Assembly: GCA_963813155.1 (NCBI GenBank)
Contig: CAWEYG010000003.1
Coordinates: 769,866 to 833,865 of the forward strand
Length of the DNA: 64,000 bases
Origin: an uncultured Acidobacteriota bacterium
GTDB lineage: Bacteria > Acidobacteriota > Thermoanaerobaculia > UBA5066 > DATFVB01
Direction of reading: 5' to 3'
The notes beneath the pieces are model-generated. The model was not told where the DNA came from. It saw only the letters and a list, made by a program, of their open reading frames with translations, and did no database searches. A program made the position numbers and the translations under genes. Below are positions 1 through 10,111 of this stretch, in pieces. Numbering within the stretch: the first letter of the stretch is position 1; each line of letters starts with the position of its first letter.

Positions 1-859
1 CCGCGAGGATGACGTTGTTCCGGACTTTTTCCTGGAATTCCGGATCGACCCGCGAGATCAGGTCGAGCATCGTCTCGGTGACGGGGGCGAGAAGGCTTTC
101 GCAGGCGCGCCGCATCTCCGACGTGATGTCGACCGTCGTCGGCTTGCCGTCGACCGGAAAGGTCACCATCACCGGCTTCTTCGGCTCGCCGACGAAGCTC
201 TGCTGCTCTTTCCATTCCCGCACCATGTAGACGGAGAACCGTCCCTCCGGATGGCGGCTCTTCACGAGCGCGGCGAGCTGCTCGTCGATCGCGTCGCCGG
301 CGTTGGTGAGCGTGCGCTGGTCTTCGTCGGTCGGATAGCGGCCGTTCATCACGCAGAAATCCGCCGTGCCCGCGCCGATGTCGATGATCATCGTGTGGAG
401 AAGGGAGTCCATCCCGTACGCGACGGCGAACGGCTCCGAAACGATCATGAGCGAGCTCGCGATCCCCGAGACGGCGTTGCGCAGGTGCTGCTTCGAAACG
501 CGCAGCGCTTCGGCCGGCACTCCGACGACGGCGAAAACCTTCTGCCCCTCCTTCGGCTCCGCCAGGGAGATCAGGTGGCCGAGCAGCTCCCGCACGGCAA
601 GCTCGTCCTTTTCGGACCCTTCCTTGATCAGCCCCCGCTCGAGCGGTCGGTGAAGATCCAGCATCGGGCGGTTCTCGAGCGCTTCGTGGCCGAACAGAAT
701 CGCCTTCTTGACGACTTTTCTCGCAACCATGTCCACCGGCCATCCGACGTAGCTCTCGACGACGTGCCGCGACCCGTTGGACGCGGAGATGGAGCTGCGG
801 GACGTTCCGAGGTCGATCCCGACGTGCAGAATTTCGCCTTTCGCGGACTTCGTGCTCAT
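1..859 (-). CDS. Actin-like ATPase, MamK/MreB superfamily (partial; 3' end lies beyond window start)
   Basis: Reverse-strand translation from ATG (cat at 857-859): MSTKSAKGEILHVGIDLGTSRSSISA...IIDIGAGTADFCV; phosphate-1 and phosphate-2 motifs and overall layout resemble MamK-type bacterial actins. No stop before position 1. Confidence 0.65.
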   Translation of the reverse strand, partial: MSTKSAKGEILHVGIDLGTSRSSISASNGSRHVVESYVGWPVDMVARKVVKKAILFGHEALENRPMLDLHRPLERGLIKEGSEKDELAVRELLGHLISLAEPKEGQKVFAVVGVPAEALRVSKQHLRNAVSGIASSLMIVSEPFAVAYGMDSLLHTMIIDIGAGTADFCVMNGRYPTDEDQRTLTNAGDAIDEQLAALVKSRHPEGRFSVYMVREWKEQQSFVGEPKKPVMVTFPVDGKPTTVDITSEMRRACESLLAPVTETMLDLISRVDPEFQEKVRNNVILA

Positions 860-889
860 GAATTCCTTTCCCACGATTCGATCATGGAA

Positions 890-1954
890 TCAGCTGCCCG
901 CCGACACGGGCGCCGAAGCGGGCGATCCGCCGCGCGAGGCCACGTACGATTCGACGCCCGCGCGGAGCGCCTGCGCGATCTCCTGGCGGTACGCCGGCGT
1001 CGAGAGGCGCCGCGCTTCGCCGCCGTTGGAAATGCACGAAACCTCGGCGAGGATCGCCGGCATCTGTGTGCCGACGAGCACGACGAGCGGCGCCGTCTTC
1101 ACGCCGCGGTTCTCCAGCTCCGGAGTCACGACGTGGAGCCTCCGGTACAGCCCGTTCTGCATGTCCTCGGCGAGGCGCCTCGATTCGTCGTGCCGGACGT
1201 CCACGTACACGCCTTCGAGCAGCGTCTTGAAATCGGAGAGCGAGTAGCCCGAGCCGGAGTTTTCGGCATGGGCGAGCCGAAGGGCGGCGGGATCGCGGGA
1301 AGTCCCGAGGTAGTACGTCTCCACGCCGAACTGTTCCGGAAGCGGAATCGAATTGACGTGGATGGAGACGAACAGGTCCGCCTTCTCGCGATTCGCGATC
1401 TCGACGCGCTTCTCGAGTGAGACCGACTCGTCCCGGTCGCGGGTCAGCACGACACCGAACAGGTTCCCCCCGCGCAGCAGCGCCGCGAGGCGGACCGCGA
1501 TATCGAGGGTGATGTCCTTTTCCGAGAGGCCGCCGCGAGTCATCGCCCCGGGATCGCCGCCGCCGTGGCCCGGATCCACGACGATCTTCCGGACGGCGAG
1601 CTGGAAGAGGTTCGGATCGATCGCCCTCGGAGCCGGGAGCGATTCGGGCGAGAGCGGCGCCGACGCGGGCGAGACGCCGCCCGAGGCCGGGTGAGCCGCC
1701 GCCGGCGCAAGCTCCGCGACCGGATCGGCGACGGCGGCGCGGCGAGCTTTCCGGCCTCCCCCGGCGGAGGTGGTTCCGATCGAACCCGTGAAGAAAGCCG
1801 CGGCCGCGACGATCAACGCGCCGAGGATCCACCCTCCCGCCCGTTTCGTCTCGCGGGACCGCGACCGGTATCGCGGAACACCTCGGGCAACGTCGAGATT
1901 TTCCTGCACGAGATCGCGGATCAACCGCTGTTTGAGACGGTGATTTCCCTGCAT
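890..1954 (-). CDS. N-acetylmuramoyl-L-alanine amidase (Amidase_3, AmiC-like) with N-terminal membrane anchor
   Basis: ORF-track protein has the Amidase_3 core (IVVDPGHGGGDPGA...LFVSIHVNS...) preceded by a hydrophobic anchor; ATG (cat) at 1952-1954, stop at 890-892. Confidence 0.8.
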   Translation of the reverse strand: MQGNHRLKQRLIRDLVQENLDVARGVPRYRSRSRETKRAGGWILGALIVAAAAFFTGSIGTTSAGGGRKARRAAVADPVAELAPAAAHPASGGVSPASAPLSPESLPAPRAIDPNLFQLAVRKIVVDPGHGGGDPGAMTRGGLSEKDITLDIAVRLAALLRGGNLFGVVLTRDRDESVSLEKRVEIANREKADLFVSIHVNSIPLPEQFGVETYYLGTSRDPAALRLAHAENSGSGYSLSDFKTLLEGVYVDVRHDESRRLAEDMQNGLYRRLHVVTPELENRGVKTAPLVVLVGTQMPAILAEVSCISNGGEARRLSTPAYRQEIAQALRAGVESYVASRGGSPASAPVSAGS

Positions 1955-2055
1955 GGCGCTGCCTTTAGTTTAGAGGCTTCCGCGGGGAGAGTCCACCGGA
2001 GCGCGCGAAACGCCGCGGGCGGGCCTCGCAGAGCGCCGGTCTATAATGCCCGAGG

Positions 2056-3612
2056 ATGACGACGCGTCCGGCGACTTTCGGGGAGCTCAAGGCCAGCGGT
2101 TATCGCCCGCGTTCCGTCAAGGACGAGCTGCGGGAAAACCTGATCGACCGGCTCCGCACCCGCCAGAACGCGTTCCCCGGAATCTATGGCTACGACCACA
2201 CCGTCCTGCCGATGCTCCACAACGCGATCCTCGCCCGGCACGACATCATCCTCCTGGGCCTGCGCGGGCAGGCGAAGACGCGCCTGCTGCGGTCGCTCGT
2301 CGGCCTTCTCGATCCGGAAATGCCCGTGATCGACGGAAGCGAGCTCAATGAGAGCCCGTTCGCGCCGATCACGAAATACGGCACGCGACTCGTCGCGGAC
2401 CGGGGCGATCAGACGCCGATCGCGTGGATGCCGCGCGAAGAGCGATACCGCGAAAAGCTCGCCACTCCCGACGTGACGATCGCGGATCTGATCGGAGACA
2501 TCGACCCGATCAAGGCCGCGACGCAGAGACGCTCGTACTCCGACGAGGAAATCATCCACTTCGGCATCGTCCCGAGGACGAACCGGGGGATCTTCGCGAT
2601 CAACGAGCTGCCCGACCTGCAACCGCGCATCCAGGTCGGCCTCCTGAACATCCTGGAAGAGCGAGACCTCCAGATCCGCGGCTTTCCCGTTCGCATCCCG
2701 CTCGACATCCTGCTCGTCTTTTCCGCCAACCCCGAGGACTACACGAACCGCGGCAACATCATCACGCCGCTGAAGGACCGGATCTCGTCGCAGATCCTCA
2801 CCCACTACCCCGACGACGTGAAGGTCGCGCGGGCGATCACCGACCAGGAGGCGTGGGTCGCGCGCGACCCGGGGATCCGCGTCGAGGTCCCCGAGTATTT
2901 CAAGGAGCTCGTGGAGAAGATCGCGTTCGCGGCGCGGGAGTCGGAGTTCGTCGACCAGTCTTCCGGCGTTTCGGCGCGAATGCCCATCTCCGCCCTCGAG
3001 ATCCTCGTTTCGAACCTCGAGCGCCGCGCGATCGTCCACGGCGAGCAGTGCGTCCTCCCGAGGCTGTGCGACCTGCTCGCGTGCCTCCCGGCGATCACCG
3101 GAAAAGTCGAAGTCGTCTACGAAGGAGAACAGCAGGGAACGGAAGTCATCGCGAAAAAGCTCATTTCGGTTCCCGTCGCCGAGCTGTTCAAACAGAAGTT
3201 CCCTCCCGTCGACTCGGGGCGCAGGACGGAACGGCGTCCCCCGCCGGCGGAGGAAGAAGAGAATCCGGGCGCCCGGCGCGGCGCGCGGTTCGCGGCCGAA
3301 GAGCCGGACAAGCTGAACCCCGTCTACCGCGAAATCGTCGACTGGTTCGGCGCCGGAAACTCGATCGACATTTCCGACGAATCCCCGTTCGCGCGCCACT
3401 TCCAGGATCTCGAATCGGTGCCGGGCCTGAAGCGAGTCGCCGAAGAGCACTTCAAGCCGTCGTCGCGCGAGGAAACGGCGCTCGCGATGGAGCTCGTGCT
3501 CGAGGGGCTGACGCAGCACCTGAAAATCGCGCGCGAGGACCTCGACAGCAAGATTTCCTACAAGGAAATGCTCAAGTTCAACCTGGTTCGGCAAAGAACA
3601 CCGGTCAATTAA
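2056..3612 (+). CDS. ChlI/BchI-like AAA+ ATPase (Mg-chelatase subunit I family)
   Basis: 518 aa; degenerate Walker A GLRGQAKT and ChlI-like lid region; encoded two genes upstream of a VWA protein, the usual ChlI/ChlD-type partner. Confidence 0.65.
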   Translation: MTTRPATFGELKASGYRPRSVKDELRENLIDRLRTRQNAFPGIYGYDHTVLPMLHNAILARHDIILLGLRGQAKTRLLRSLVGLLDPEMPVIDGSELNESPFAPITKYGTRLVADRGDQTPIAWMPREERYREKLATPDVTIADLIGDIDPIKAATQRRSYSDEEIIHFGIVPRTNRGIFAINELPDLQPRIQVGLLNILEERDLQIRGFPVRIPLDILLVFSANPEDYTNRGNIITPLKDRISSQILTHYPDDVKVARAITDQEAWVARDPGIRVEVPEYFKELVEKIAFAARESEFVDQSSGVSARMPISALEILVSNLERRAIVHGEQCVLPRLCDLLACLPAITGKVEVVYEGEQQGTEVIAKKLISVPVAELFKQKFPPVDSGRRTERRPPPAEEEENPGARRGARFAAEEPDKLNPVYREIVDWFGAGNSIDISDESPFARHFQDLESVPGLKRVAEEHFKPSSREETALAMELVLEGLTQHLKIAREDLDSKISYKEMLKFNLVRQRTPVN

Positions 3613-4374
3613 ATGACTCCCCATCTTCGCGCGAGAATCCTCGCGGGCGAACGGTTGCTGGGCTGCTTCCTCACGTGGCCCGTCGGGGGCGCGGCGGAGC
3701 TGCTCGGGCTGGCCGAGCTCGATTTCCTCGTCATCGACGTGGAGCACGGCTTTCACGGCATCGAGTCGATTGAAAATCTCGTTCGCGCGTCGGACACGGC
3801 TTCCATCCCCGCGATCGTCCGTCCTCCCCGTTTCGACTCCGACGTCATGAGCCGATCGCTCGACGCGGGAGCCGCCGGGGTCCTCGTGCCGCGCGTGGAC
3901 GGCGCCGCGTCCGCGAAGATCGCCGTCGAGAGCGTGAAGTTCGCTCCCGAGGGACGCCGCGGTCTCGGCGGAGTGCGCGCGAACCGCTACGGCACCCAGC
4001 CCCTCGCCGACTTCGTTCGGGAATCCAACGAGCAGACCGTCGTCGCCGTTCAGATCGAGACGCCGGGCGCGCTCGACGACGTGGGGTCGATTGCGGCCCT
4101 GCCGGGAGTCGACGTCCTCTTCGTCGGGCCGAACGACCTCACGCAGGCGCTCGGGATCCCGGGCCGGATCGACGACCGCCGCTACCACGATGCCCTCGAA
4201 AGGATCGCCTCCGCGGCGCGCGACAACGGGCGGGCCGCGGGGATCATGCTCGGGCGGCGCGAGCAGATCCCGGAGCTCGTCGAGCTCGGGTACCGCTTCT
4301 TCACGACGAGCGACCGCACCCTGCTGCTCGAGTCCGCGCGCGGCTGGCGCGCCGCCGTCGCGCCCGCGCGGTAG
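3613..4374 (+). CDS. HpcH/HpaI aldolase / citrate-lyase beta-like family protein
   Basis: 253 aa with typical HpcH family layout (LDFLVIDVEHG...VLVPRVD...VQIETPGALD); ATG 1 nt after the previous stop. Confidence 0.75.
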   Translation: MTPHLRARILAGERLLGCFLTWPVGGAAELLGLAELDFLVIDVEHGFHGIESIENLVRASDTASIPAIVRPPRFDSDVMSRSLDAGAAGVLVPRVDGAASAKIAVESVKFAPEGRRGLGGVRANRYGTQPLADFVRESNEQTVVAVQIETPGALDDVGSIAALPGVDVLFVGPNDLTQALGIPGRIDDRRYHDALERIASAARDNGRAAGIMLGRREQIPELVELGYRFFTTSDRTLLLESARGWRAAVAPAR

Positions 4375-4419
4375 GGCGCTCTCGCCCGGTCTTCTCCACG
4401 GGGCGTAGAATCAAATCGG

Positions 4420-5505
4420 ATGCGCTACCGATACCAGGATTACCCGGTCGATCTCCTCCGCCAGCTCCTGACGATGGACGAGCTGACGAAGCTCTTCTGG
4501 CAGCTCGTTTTGCAGACGGGCGGCGACGTCGAGGAAGCGCTCCGGTGGATGAAGTACCTGCAGGAACGCGGCCTGATCGATCCCGGTATCGACCTCGCGC
4601 AGTTCGCAAAGGAACTGGAAAAGCGCGAGCTCGTTGAAAATCAGGGAGGCAACCTCGTGCTGACCGGCGCCGCGGAGCGGCAGATCCGGCGGCAGGCCCT
4701 CGAAGAAGTGTTTTCCTCGCTCAAGAAATCGGGCGCGGGGTACCACTCGATTCCGCAGTCGGGCGCGGGCGGCGAGACTCTGCCCGAAACGCGGCCGTAC
4801 GAGTTCGGCGACAACCCCACCTCGATCGACGGCATCCGGACGATCGGCAATGCGATCAAGCGCGACATTTCGGATATTGCGCTGAAGGAGGAGGACTTCG
4901 AGGTCTACTCCACGGAGCACCTCGCGTCGTGCGCGACCGTCATCGCGATCGACATCTCGCATTCGATGGTCCTGTACGGCGAGGACCGGTTCACGCCGGC
5001 GAAGAAGGTCGCGCTCGCGATGGTGGAGCTGATCCAGTCGAAATACCCGAAGGACTCGATCGAGGTCGTGCTCTTCGGCGACGACGCGAAGCGCATCCCG
5101 ATCTCGGAAATCTCGAAAACGGACGTCGGCCCCTTCCACACGAACACGAAGGCGGGATTGGCGCTTTCGCGCAAGATCCTGCAGCACAAGAAGAACCCGA
5201 ACAAGCAGATCTTCATGATCACCGACGGAAAGCCCTCCGCGATCTTCGACCGGGGAAAGCTCTACAAGAACCCGTTCGGCCTGGATCTGAAGATCGTCAA
5301 CCGCACGCTCGAGGAGGCGGACGCCTGCCGGCGCGACGGCATCACGATCACGACGTTCATGATCGCGACCGATTCGCATCTCGTGGAGTTCGTCGAGAAA
5401 CTGACGAAAATCAACCGCGGGCGCGCGTACTACGCCTCGCCGTACAACCTCGCGGAGTTCCTCTTCACCGACTACATCCGGAACCGCAAGCGGTTTTTGC
5501 ACTGA
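4420..5505 (+). CDS. von Willebrand factor A (VWA) domain protein, ChlD/CobT-like partner of the upstream AAA+ ATPase
   Basis: 361 aa; MIDAS-like DISHSM motif and VWA fold signature in the C-terminal half. Confidence 0.75.
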   Translation: MRYRYQDYPVDLLRQLLTMDELTKLFWQLVLQTGGDVEEALRWMKYLQERGLIDPGIDLAQFAKELEKRELVENQGGNLVLTGAAERQIRRQALEEVFSSLKKSGAGYHSIPQSGAGGETLPETRPYEFGDNPTSIDGIRTIGNAIKRDISDIALKEEDFEVYSTEHLASCATVIAIDISHSMVLYGEDRFTPAKKVALAMVELIQSKYPKDSIEVVLFGDDAKRIPISEISKTDVGPFHTNTKAGLALSRKILQHKKNPNKQIFMITDGKPSAIFDRGKLYKNPFGLDLKIVNRTLEEADACRRDGITITTFMIATDSHLVEFVEKLTKINRGRAYYASPYNLAEFLFTDYIRNRKRFLH

Positions 5506-5556
5506 GGGAGGTCGCTCGGCACTCGTCCGCTCGCGTCACCGGCGCGGCCGGGGCCT

Positions 5557-6528
5557 CTACCCTCCGGCGGTCTTCGGCTTCGACTCCGGCGCGTCGGGAA
5601 ACTTCACGACGTCGTTGCGGATCGGCGGAAGCGACTTCAGGTAGTCGTAGATCGCGCCCAGGTCCTGCTCGGTCATTCCCGAGAACGCGAGCCACGGCAT
5701 GACCGTGTTCCGGCCGGGCTCGGCGGTGGGCATCGTCTCCGGCGTGAACGACGCGAACGCCTTGAAGCGCCCGATGAACTCCGCCTTGCTCGCCTGGCCG
5801 ACGTACGTGCCCTGCTCGGGAGTGATGTTCGCGGTCACGACGCGGCCCCACGGGCCCTTCATCTCCCAGCCGCCGGAGAAATCCCGGCCGGCGACTTCCC
5901 GCCCATTCTCGCGGGGCGTGTGGCAGGTCCTGCAGCCGGCGATCGTGACGACGTACTTCCCGTAGGCCAGATGGTCCCGGCTGTCGTCGGGCGCGACGAC
6001 GGGCCCCGTCAGCGGCTGCGGAACGAACTTGATCATGAGGTTCACGGGAAAGTCGATGTGCTTCTTCGGCACCGCGTGGGCGATTGCGGGCAGCGATCGA
6101 AGATAGACGACGACGGACTTCGCATCCTCGTCGCTCATCTCCGCAAGGCTTCGGTACGGCATCATCGGAAACAACTCTTTCCCGTCGCGATCGACCCCTT
6201 CGCGGAACGCGCGGAGAATCTCGCCGTCGGTCCATCGTCCGAGCCCGTGCTCCGGGTCGGGCGTGATGTTCTGCGCGCAGACGATGCCGGGCACGCCGAG
6301 CTTCGCGTCGAACGGATAGCCGCCCTGTCCCTCCGTGCCGCGCTTGATCGGCATCGCGAACCGCGTCGTGTGGTCCGAGTGGCAGCCGAGGCAGTCGCTC
6401 ACGTGATCCACGAGGTACCGGCCCCGGGCCATGCGGGACGGCGTGGCTTCGACCTTCTCCGCGGAAGGAGGCCGCATCTTCGGCGGGCGAATCGACAGAA
6501 AAACGACGCCGGCCGCCGCGACGAGCAC
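5557..6528 (-). CDS. Diheme cytochrome c
   Basis: Two CXXCH motifs (CLGCH, CRTCH); N-terminal hydrophobic anchor. Track start is GTG at 6528; an out-of-frame ATG at 6574 (MLKLAK...) may be the true start if a 1-nt indel is present. Confidence 0.75.
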   Translation of the reverse strand: MLVAAAGVVFLSIRPPKMRPPSAEKVEATPSRMARGRYLVDHVSDCLGCHSDHTTRFAMPIKRGTEGQGGYPFDAKLGVPGIVCAQNITPDPEHGLGRWTDGEILRAFREGVDRDGKELFPMMPYRSLAEMSDEDAKSVVVYLRSLPAIAHAVPKKHIDFPVNLMIKFVPQPLTGPVVAPDDSRDHLAYGKYVVTIAGCRTCHTPRENGREVAGRDFSGGWEMKGPWGRVVTANITPEQGTYVGQASKAEFIGRFKAFASFTPETMPTAEPGRNTVMPWLAFSGMTEQDLGAIYDYLKSLPPIRNDVVKFPDAPESKPKTAGG

Positions 6529-6649
6529 GACGACGAGCAGCGATGCAGCCGACGATCTTCGCGAGCTTCAACATTCCGACCTCCTCGAGAGTCGGGCGAT
6601 TCTAGAGGCTGGAATCCCCTCGAATCGGACGCGATACCATCGCTCGAGG

Positions 6650-6868
6650 ATGCAGGGCCTTCCGACACTCCCCTCCGCCCCGGCCGAACGCGATCCCGTC
6701 TGCGGAATGACGCCGAAACCGGACACGCCCCACCGAGCGACGTTCGAGGAGCGGGAATACCTCTTCTGTTCCGCCGGCTGCCGCGCAAAATTCGACGCCG
6801 ATCCGCGCAAGTATCTTGCAGCCGTTCCTTCGCCCGCCGGGCCTGCACCGCTTCCCCCTCTCGCTTGA
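6650..6868 (+). CDS. YHS/TRASH-domain metal-binding protein (start uncertain)
   Basis: Motif DPVCGM...[12 protein letters not shown] typical of YHS domains that precede heavy-metal P-type ATPases; internal ATG at 6650 chosen over the track start 6431. Confidence 0.5.
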   Translation: MQGLPTLPSAPAERDPVCGMTPKPDTPHRATFEEREYLFCSAGCRAKFDADPRKYLAAVPSPAGPAPLPPLA

Positions 6869-6911
6869 GGGAGAGGGGACGCGAGAGGCGGCGACGGAGT
6901 GGGGCTGTCCC

Positions 6912-8975
6912 ATGCATCCGGAAGTCGTCGCGAACGCTCCCGGGTCCTGCCCGATCTGCGGCATGGCGCTCGAGCCGCGAACGGTCACGGCCGAGGAGGG
7001 GCCCAACCCCGAGCTCGCCGACATGACGCGCCGCCTGTGGGTGAGCGCCGCGCTCACCCTTTCCGTCGTCGTTCTGGGAATGGGGATGCGAGCGGGCGGC
7101 GGCGCTCTCACTCAGCTCGCGCTCGCGGCTCCCGTCGTTCTCTGGGGGGGCTGGCCTTTCTTCGTGCGGGGGTGGAAGTCGCTCGTTCTGCGCAGCCTCA
7201 ACATGTTCACGCTCATCTCGCTCGGGGTCGGCGTCGCTTTTCTCTACAGCGTCGTCGCGGCTCTCGCGCCGGGAATCTTCCCCACCTCCCTCCGAATGGC
7301 CAACGGCGAAGTCGCCGTCTACTTCGAAGCGTCCGCTTCGATCGTCACGCTCGTCCTCGTCGGACAGGTCCTGGAGCTGCGGGCGCGAAGCCGGACCGGC
7401 GCCGCGCTCCGGGCCCTGCTCGGCCTCGCGCCGAAGACCGCGCGAAGGGTCGGCCCGGAGGGGCGGGACGAAGACGTCCCTCTCGACGCGATCCGTCCCG
7501 GCGACCGCCTTCGCGTGCGCCCGGGAGAGAAGATTCCCGTGGACGGCGTCGTTCTCGAAGGCTCGAGCGCGATCGACGAGTCGATGATCTCGGGCGAGCC
7601 GATTCCGGTCGAAAAAGGCCCCGGGGATCGCGTCGTCGGAGCGACGGTCAACCGCACCGGCTCGTTCGTCCTGCGCGCCGAGAAGGTGGGATCCGAAACC
7701 CTGCTCGCGCGGATCATCCAGATGGTCGCCGCGGCGCAGCGCAGCCGCGCCCCCATCCAGCGCCTCGCCGACGTCGTGGCCGGGTATTTCGTCCCCGCCG
7801 TCGTCGCAGTCGCGGCGGCGACCTTCGTCCTCTGGTCGCTCTTCGGGCCGGCGCCCCGCCTCGCGCACGCGATCGTCAACGCGGTCGCGGTCCTCATCAT
7901 CGCCTGCCCGTGCGCGCTCGGCCTCGCCACGCCGATCTCGATCATGGTCGCGATGGGAAAGGGAGCGAGCGTCGGCGTCCTCTTCCGCAATGCCGAATCG
8001 ATCGAACAACTCCGAAACGTGGACACGCTCGTCGTCGACAAGACCGGCACTCTCACGGAGGGAAAGCCGCGGCTCGACGGAATCGTCGCGGCCGCCGGGT
8101 GGAGCGAGGCCCGCGTTCTCGAGATCGCCGCCGGCCTCGAGCGCGGCAGCGAGCACCCTCTCGCCGCGGCGATCGTCGAAGGCGCGAACGATCGGGGCGT
8201 CGCGGTTCCCGCGTCTTCCGATTTCGAGGCCGTCCCCGGGAAGGGCGTGCGGGGAACGATCGGCGGCGCGGCGTGCGCGCTCGGAAACCTCGCGCTGATG
8301 CAGGCGCTCGGAATCGACCCGGACGCGATGGCCGGGCGGGCCGAAGAGTTTCGGCGGAACGGAAGGACCGCCGTCTACGTCGCTTCCGGCGGAGAGATCG
8401 CGGGAATCGTGGCGATCGCCGACCCGATCCGGCCGAGCGCCCGCGAAGCGGTCGCGGCGCTGCACCGGGAGGGAATCCGCCTCGTGATGCTGACGGGGGA
8501 CAGCCGCGCAACCGCCCTGGCCGTCGCGCGCGAGCTCGGGATCGACGAGGTCGAGGGAGACGTCCTGCCGGCCGGCAAAGCCGAGGCGATCCGCCGGCTT
8601 CAGGGCGAGGGGCTCGTGGTCGCGATGGCCGGCGACGGGATCAACGACGCGCCGGCGCTCGCGCAGGCGCGGGTCGGCATCGCGATGGGAACGGGAACGG
8701 ACGTCGCGATGGAAAGCGCCGGAATCACGCTCGTGCGCGGCGACCTGAACGGGATCGTCCGCGCCCGGAGGCTGTCGCAGGCGACGATGCGAAACATCCG
8801 GCAGAATCTCTTCTTCGCGTTCGTCTACAACTCCGTCGGGGTGCCGGTCGCGGCCGGAGCGCTCTATCCCTTCTTCGGAATCCTTCTCTCGCCAATCCTC
8901 GCCGCCGCCGCGATGAGCTTCAGCTCCTTCTCGGTGATCGCGAATGCCTTGAGGCTGAGCCGGGCGCGCATCTAG
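6912..8975 (+). CDS. copA: Copper-translocating P-type ATPase (P1B), N-terminal CPICGM metal-binding motif
   Basis: CPC transmembrane metal site, DKTGTLT phosphorylation motif, GDGINDAP hinge; alternative upstream start at 6816. Confidence 0.85.
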   Translation: MHPEVVANAPGSCPICGMALEPRTVTAEEGPNPELADMTRRLWVSAALTLSVVVLGMGMRAGGGALTQLALAAPVVLWGGWPFFVRGWKSLVLRSLNMFTLISLGVGVAFLYSVVAALAPGIFPTSLRMANGEVAVYFEASASIVTLVLVGQVLELRARSRTGAALRALLGLAPKTARRVGPEGRDEDVPLDAIRPGDRLRVRPGEKIPVDGVVLEGSSAIDESMISGEPIPVEKGPGDRVVGATVNRTGSFVLRAEKVGSETLLARIIQMVAAAQRSRAPIQRLADVVAGYFVPAVVAVAAATFVLWSLFGPAPRLAHAIVNAVAVLIIACPCALGLATPISIMVAMGKGASVGVLFRNAESIEQLRNVDTLVVDKTGTLTEGKPRLDGIVAAAGWSEARVLEIAAGLERGSEHPLAAAIVEGANDRGVAVPASSDFEAVPGKGVRGTIGGAACALGNLALMQALGIDPDAMAGRAEEFRRNGRTAVYVASGGEIAGIVAIADPIRPSAREAVAALHREGIRLVMLTGDSRATALAVARELGIDEVEGDVLPAGKAEAIRRLQGEGLVVAMAGDGINDAPALAQARVGIAMGTGTDVAMESAGITLVRGDLNGIVRARRLSQATMRNIRQNLFFAFVYNSVGVPVAAGALYPFFGILLSPILAAAAMSFSSFSVIANALRLSRARI

Positions 8976-9008
8976 GCGTCGCCGAACGGGTCCTGTCGCG
9001 GGACGGCA

Positions 9009-10103
9009 CTACCGCGTATATGAGATTCGGTAGATCGTTCCCGTCTGGTCGTCCGACACAAGAAGCGCTCCGTCCGGCATGACCTGCACGTCGACCGGCC
9101 TTCCCCAGGCCCTCTCGCCCTGGAGCCATCCCTCGGCGAACGGGCGGTAGCCGGTGACCCGGCCGCGGTCCACGCCGACGAACGTCACCCGATAGCCGAC
9201 CTTGCGACTGCGATTCCAGGAGCCGTGCTCCGCGATGAAAATCCCTCGGCGGTACTCGGACGGAAACGTGGTGCCCGTGGAAAATCGCATGCCGAGGGAC
9301 GCCACGTGCGCGCCCAGATTTTGCGCGGGCGGCGTGAATTGCGAGCAAGGATGTTTGTTGCCGAATTCCGGATCCGCGACCGTACCGCCGTGACAATAGG
9401 GAAAGCCGAAATTCATGCCGGGCTTCGGCGCGAAGTTCAACTCGTCCGGAGGCACGTCATCGCCGAGCAGGTCCCTCCCGTTGTCGGTGAACCACAGCTC
9501 CCGCGTTTCCGGGTTCCAGTCGAAACCGACCGAGTTGCGCACGCCCCGGGCATAGACTGCCATCCCGCTTCCGTCCGGGCGCATGCGCATGATCGTGCCG
9601 TAAGGGTCCGGCTTTTCGCAGACGTTGCACGGCATTCCGATGCCGAAGTAGAGCCAGTTGTCCGGCCCGAACCGGATCACCTTCAGCCCGTGCCATTCCT
9701 CCGGGGGCAGGGCGTCGGTCACGAGCGCGGGGTGACGCGGCGACCGAAGCGTCTGCAGGATGTCGTCGTAACGCCAGACCCGGTTGATCTCGGCGACGTA
9801 GAGCGATCCGGCGCGGAACGCGACCCCGTTCGGAGACCGAAGGCCCCGCGCAATCACGATCGTCTCCTCGGACTTCGGACCGCAGTGCGGGTTCGTCAGC
9901 GCGTAGACGTTCCCGCCCTTGGACCCGACGAACACCGTGCAGTCCGGCCCGAGCACCATCGAACGGGCCTCCGGGACCTGATCGGCGTAGATCCCGATCT
10001 GAAACCCGGGCGGAAGCCGAATCGTGTCGAGCGGAAGATGGCGCTCCGCCATCGCGGAGCCGGAGAGGGCCAGGAGCGGGAAAAGCCAGGCGAGTCTTCT
10101 CAT
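9009..10103 (-). CDS. PQQ-dependent sugar dehydrogenase (sorbosone dehydrogenase / YliI family), secreted
   Basis: 364 aa with signal peptide and beta-propeller SDH-family signature regions (VAFRAGSLYVAE, FTDNGRD). Confidence 0.8.
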   Translation of the reverse strand: MRRLAWLFPLLALSGSAMAERHLPLDTIRLPPGFQIGIYADQVPEARSMVLGPDCTVFVGSKGGNVYALTNPHCGPKSEETIVIARGLRSPNGVAFRAGSLYVAEINRVWRYDDILQTLRSPRHPALVTDALPPEEWHGLKVIRFGPDNWLYFGIGMPCNVCEKPDPYGTIMRMRPDGSGMAVYARGVRNSVGFDWNPETRELWFTDNGRDLLGDDVPPDELNFAPKPGMNFGFPYCHGGTVADPEFGNKHPCSQFTPPAQNLGAHVASLGMRFSTGTTFPSEYRRGIFIAEHGSWNRSRKVGYRVTFVGVDRGRVTGYRPFAEGWLQGERAWGRPVDVQVMPDGALLVSDDQTGTIYRISYTR

Positions 10104-10111
10104 TCACTTCC

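Noticed and set aside
6399-8465. 688-aa minus-strand ORF antisense to copA
   Set aside because: Arg/Asp-rich low-complexity translation antisense to a strongly supported P-type ATPase.
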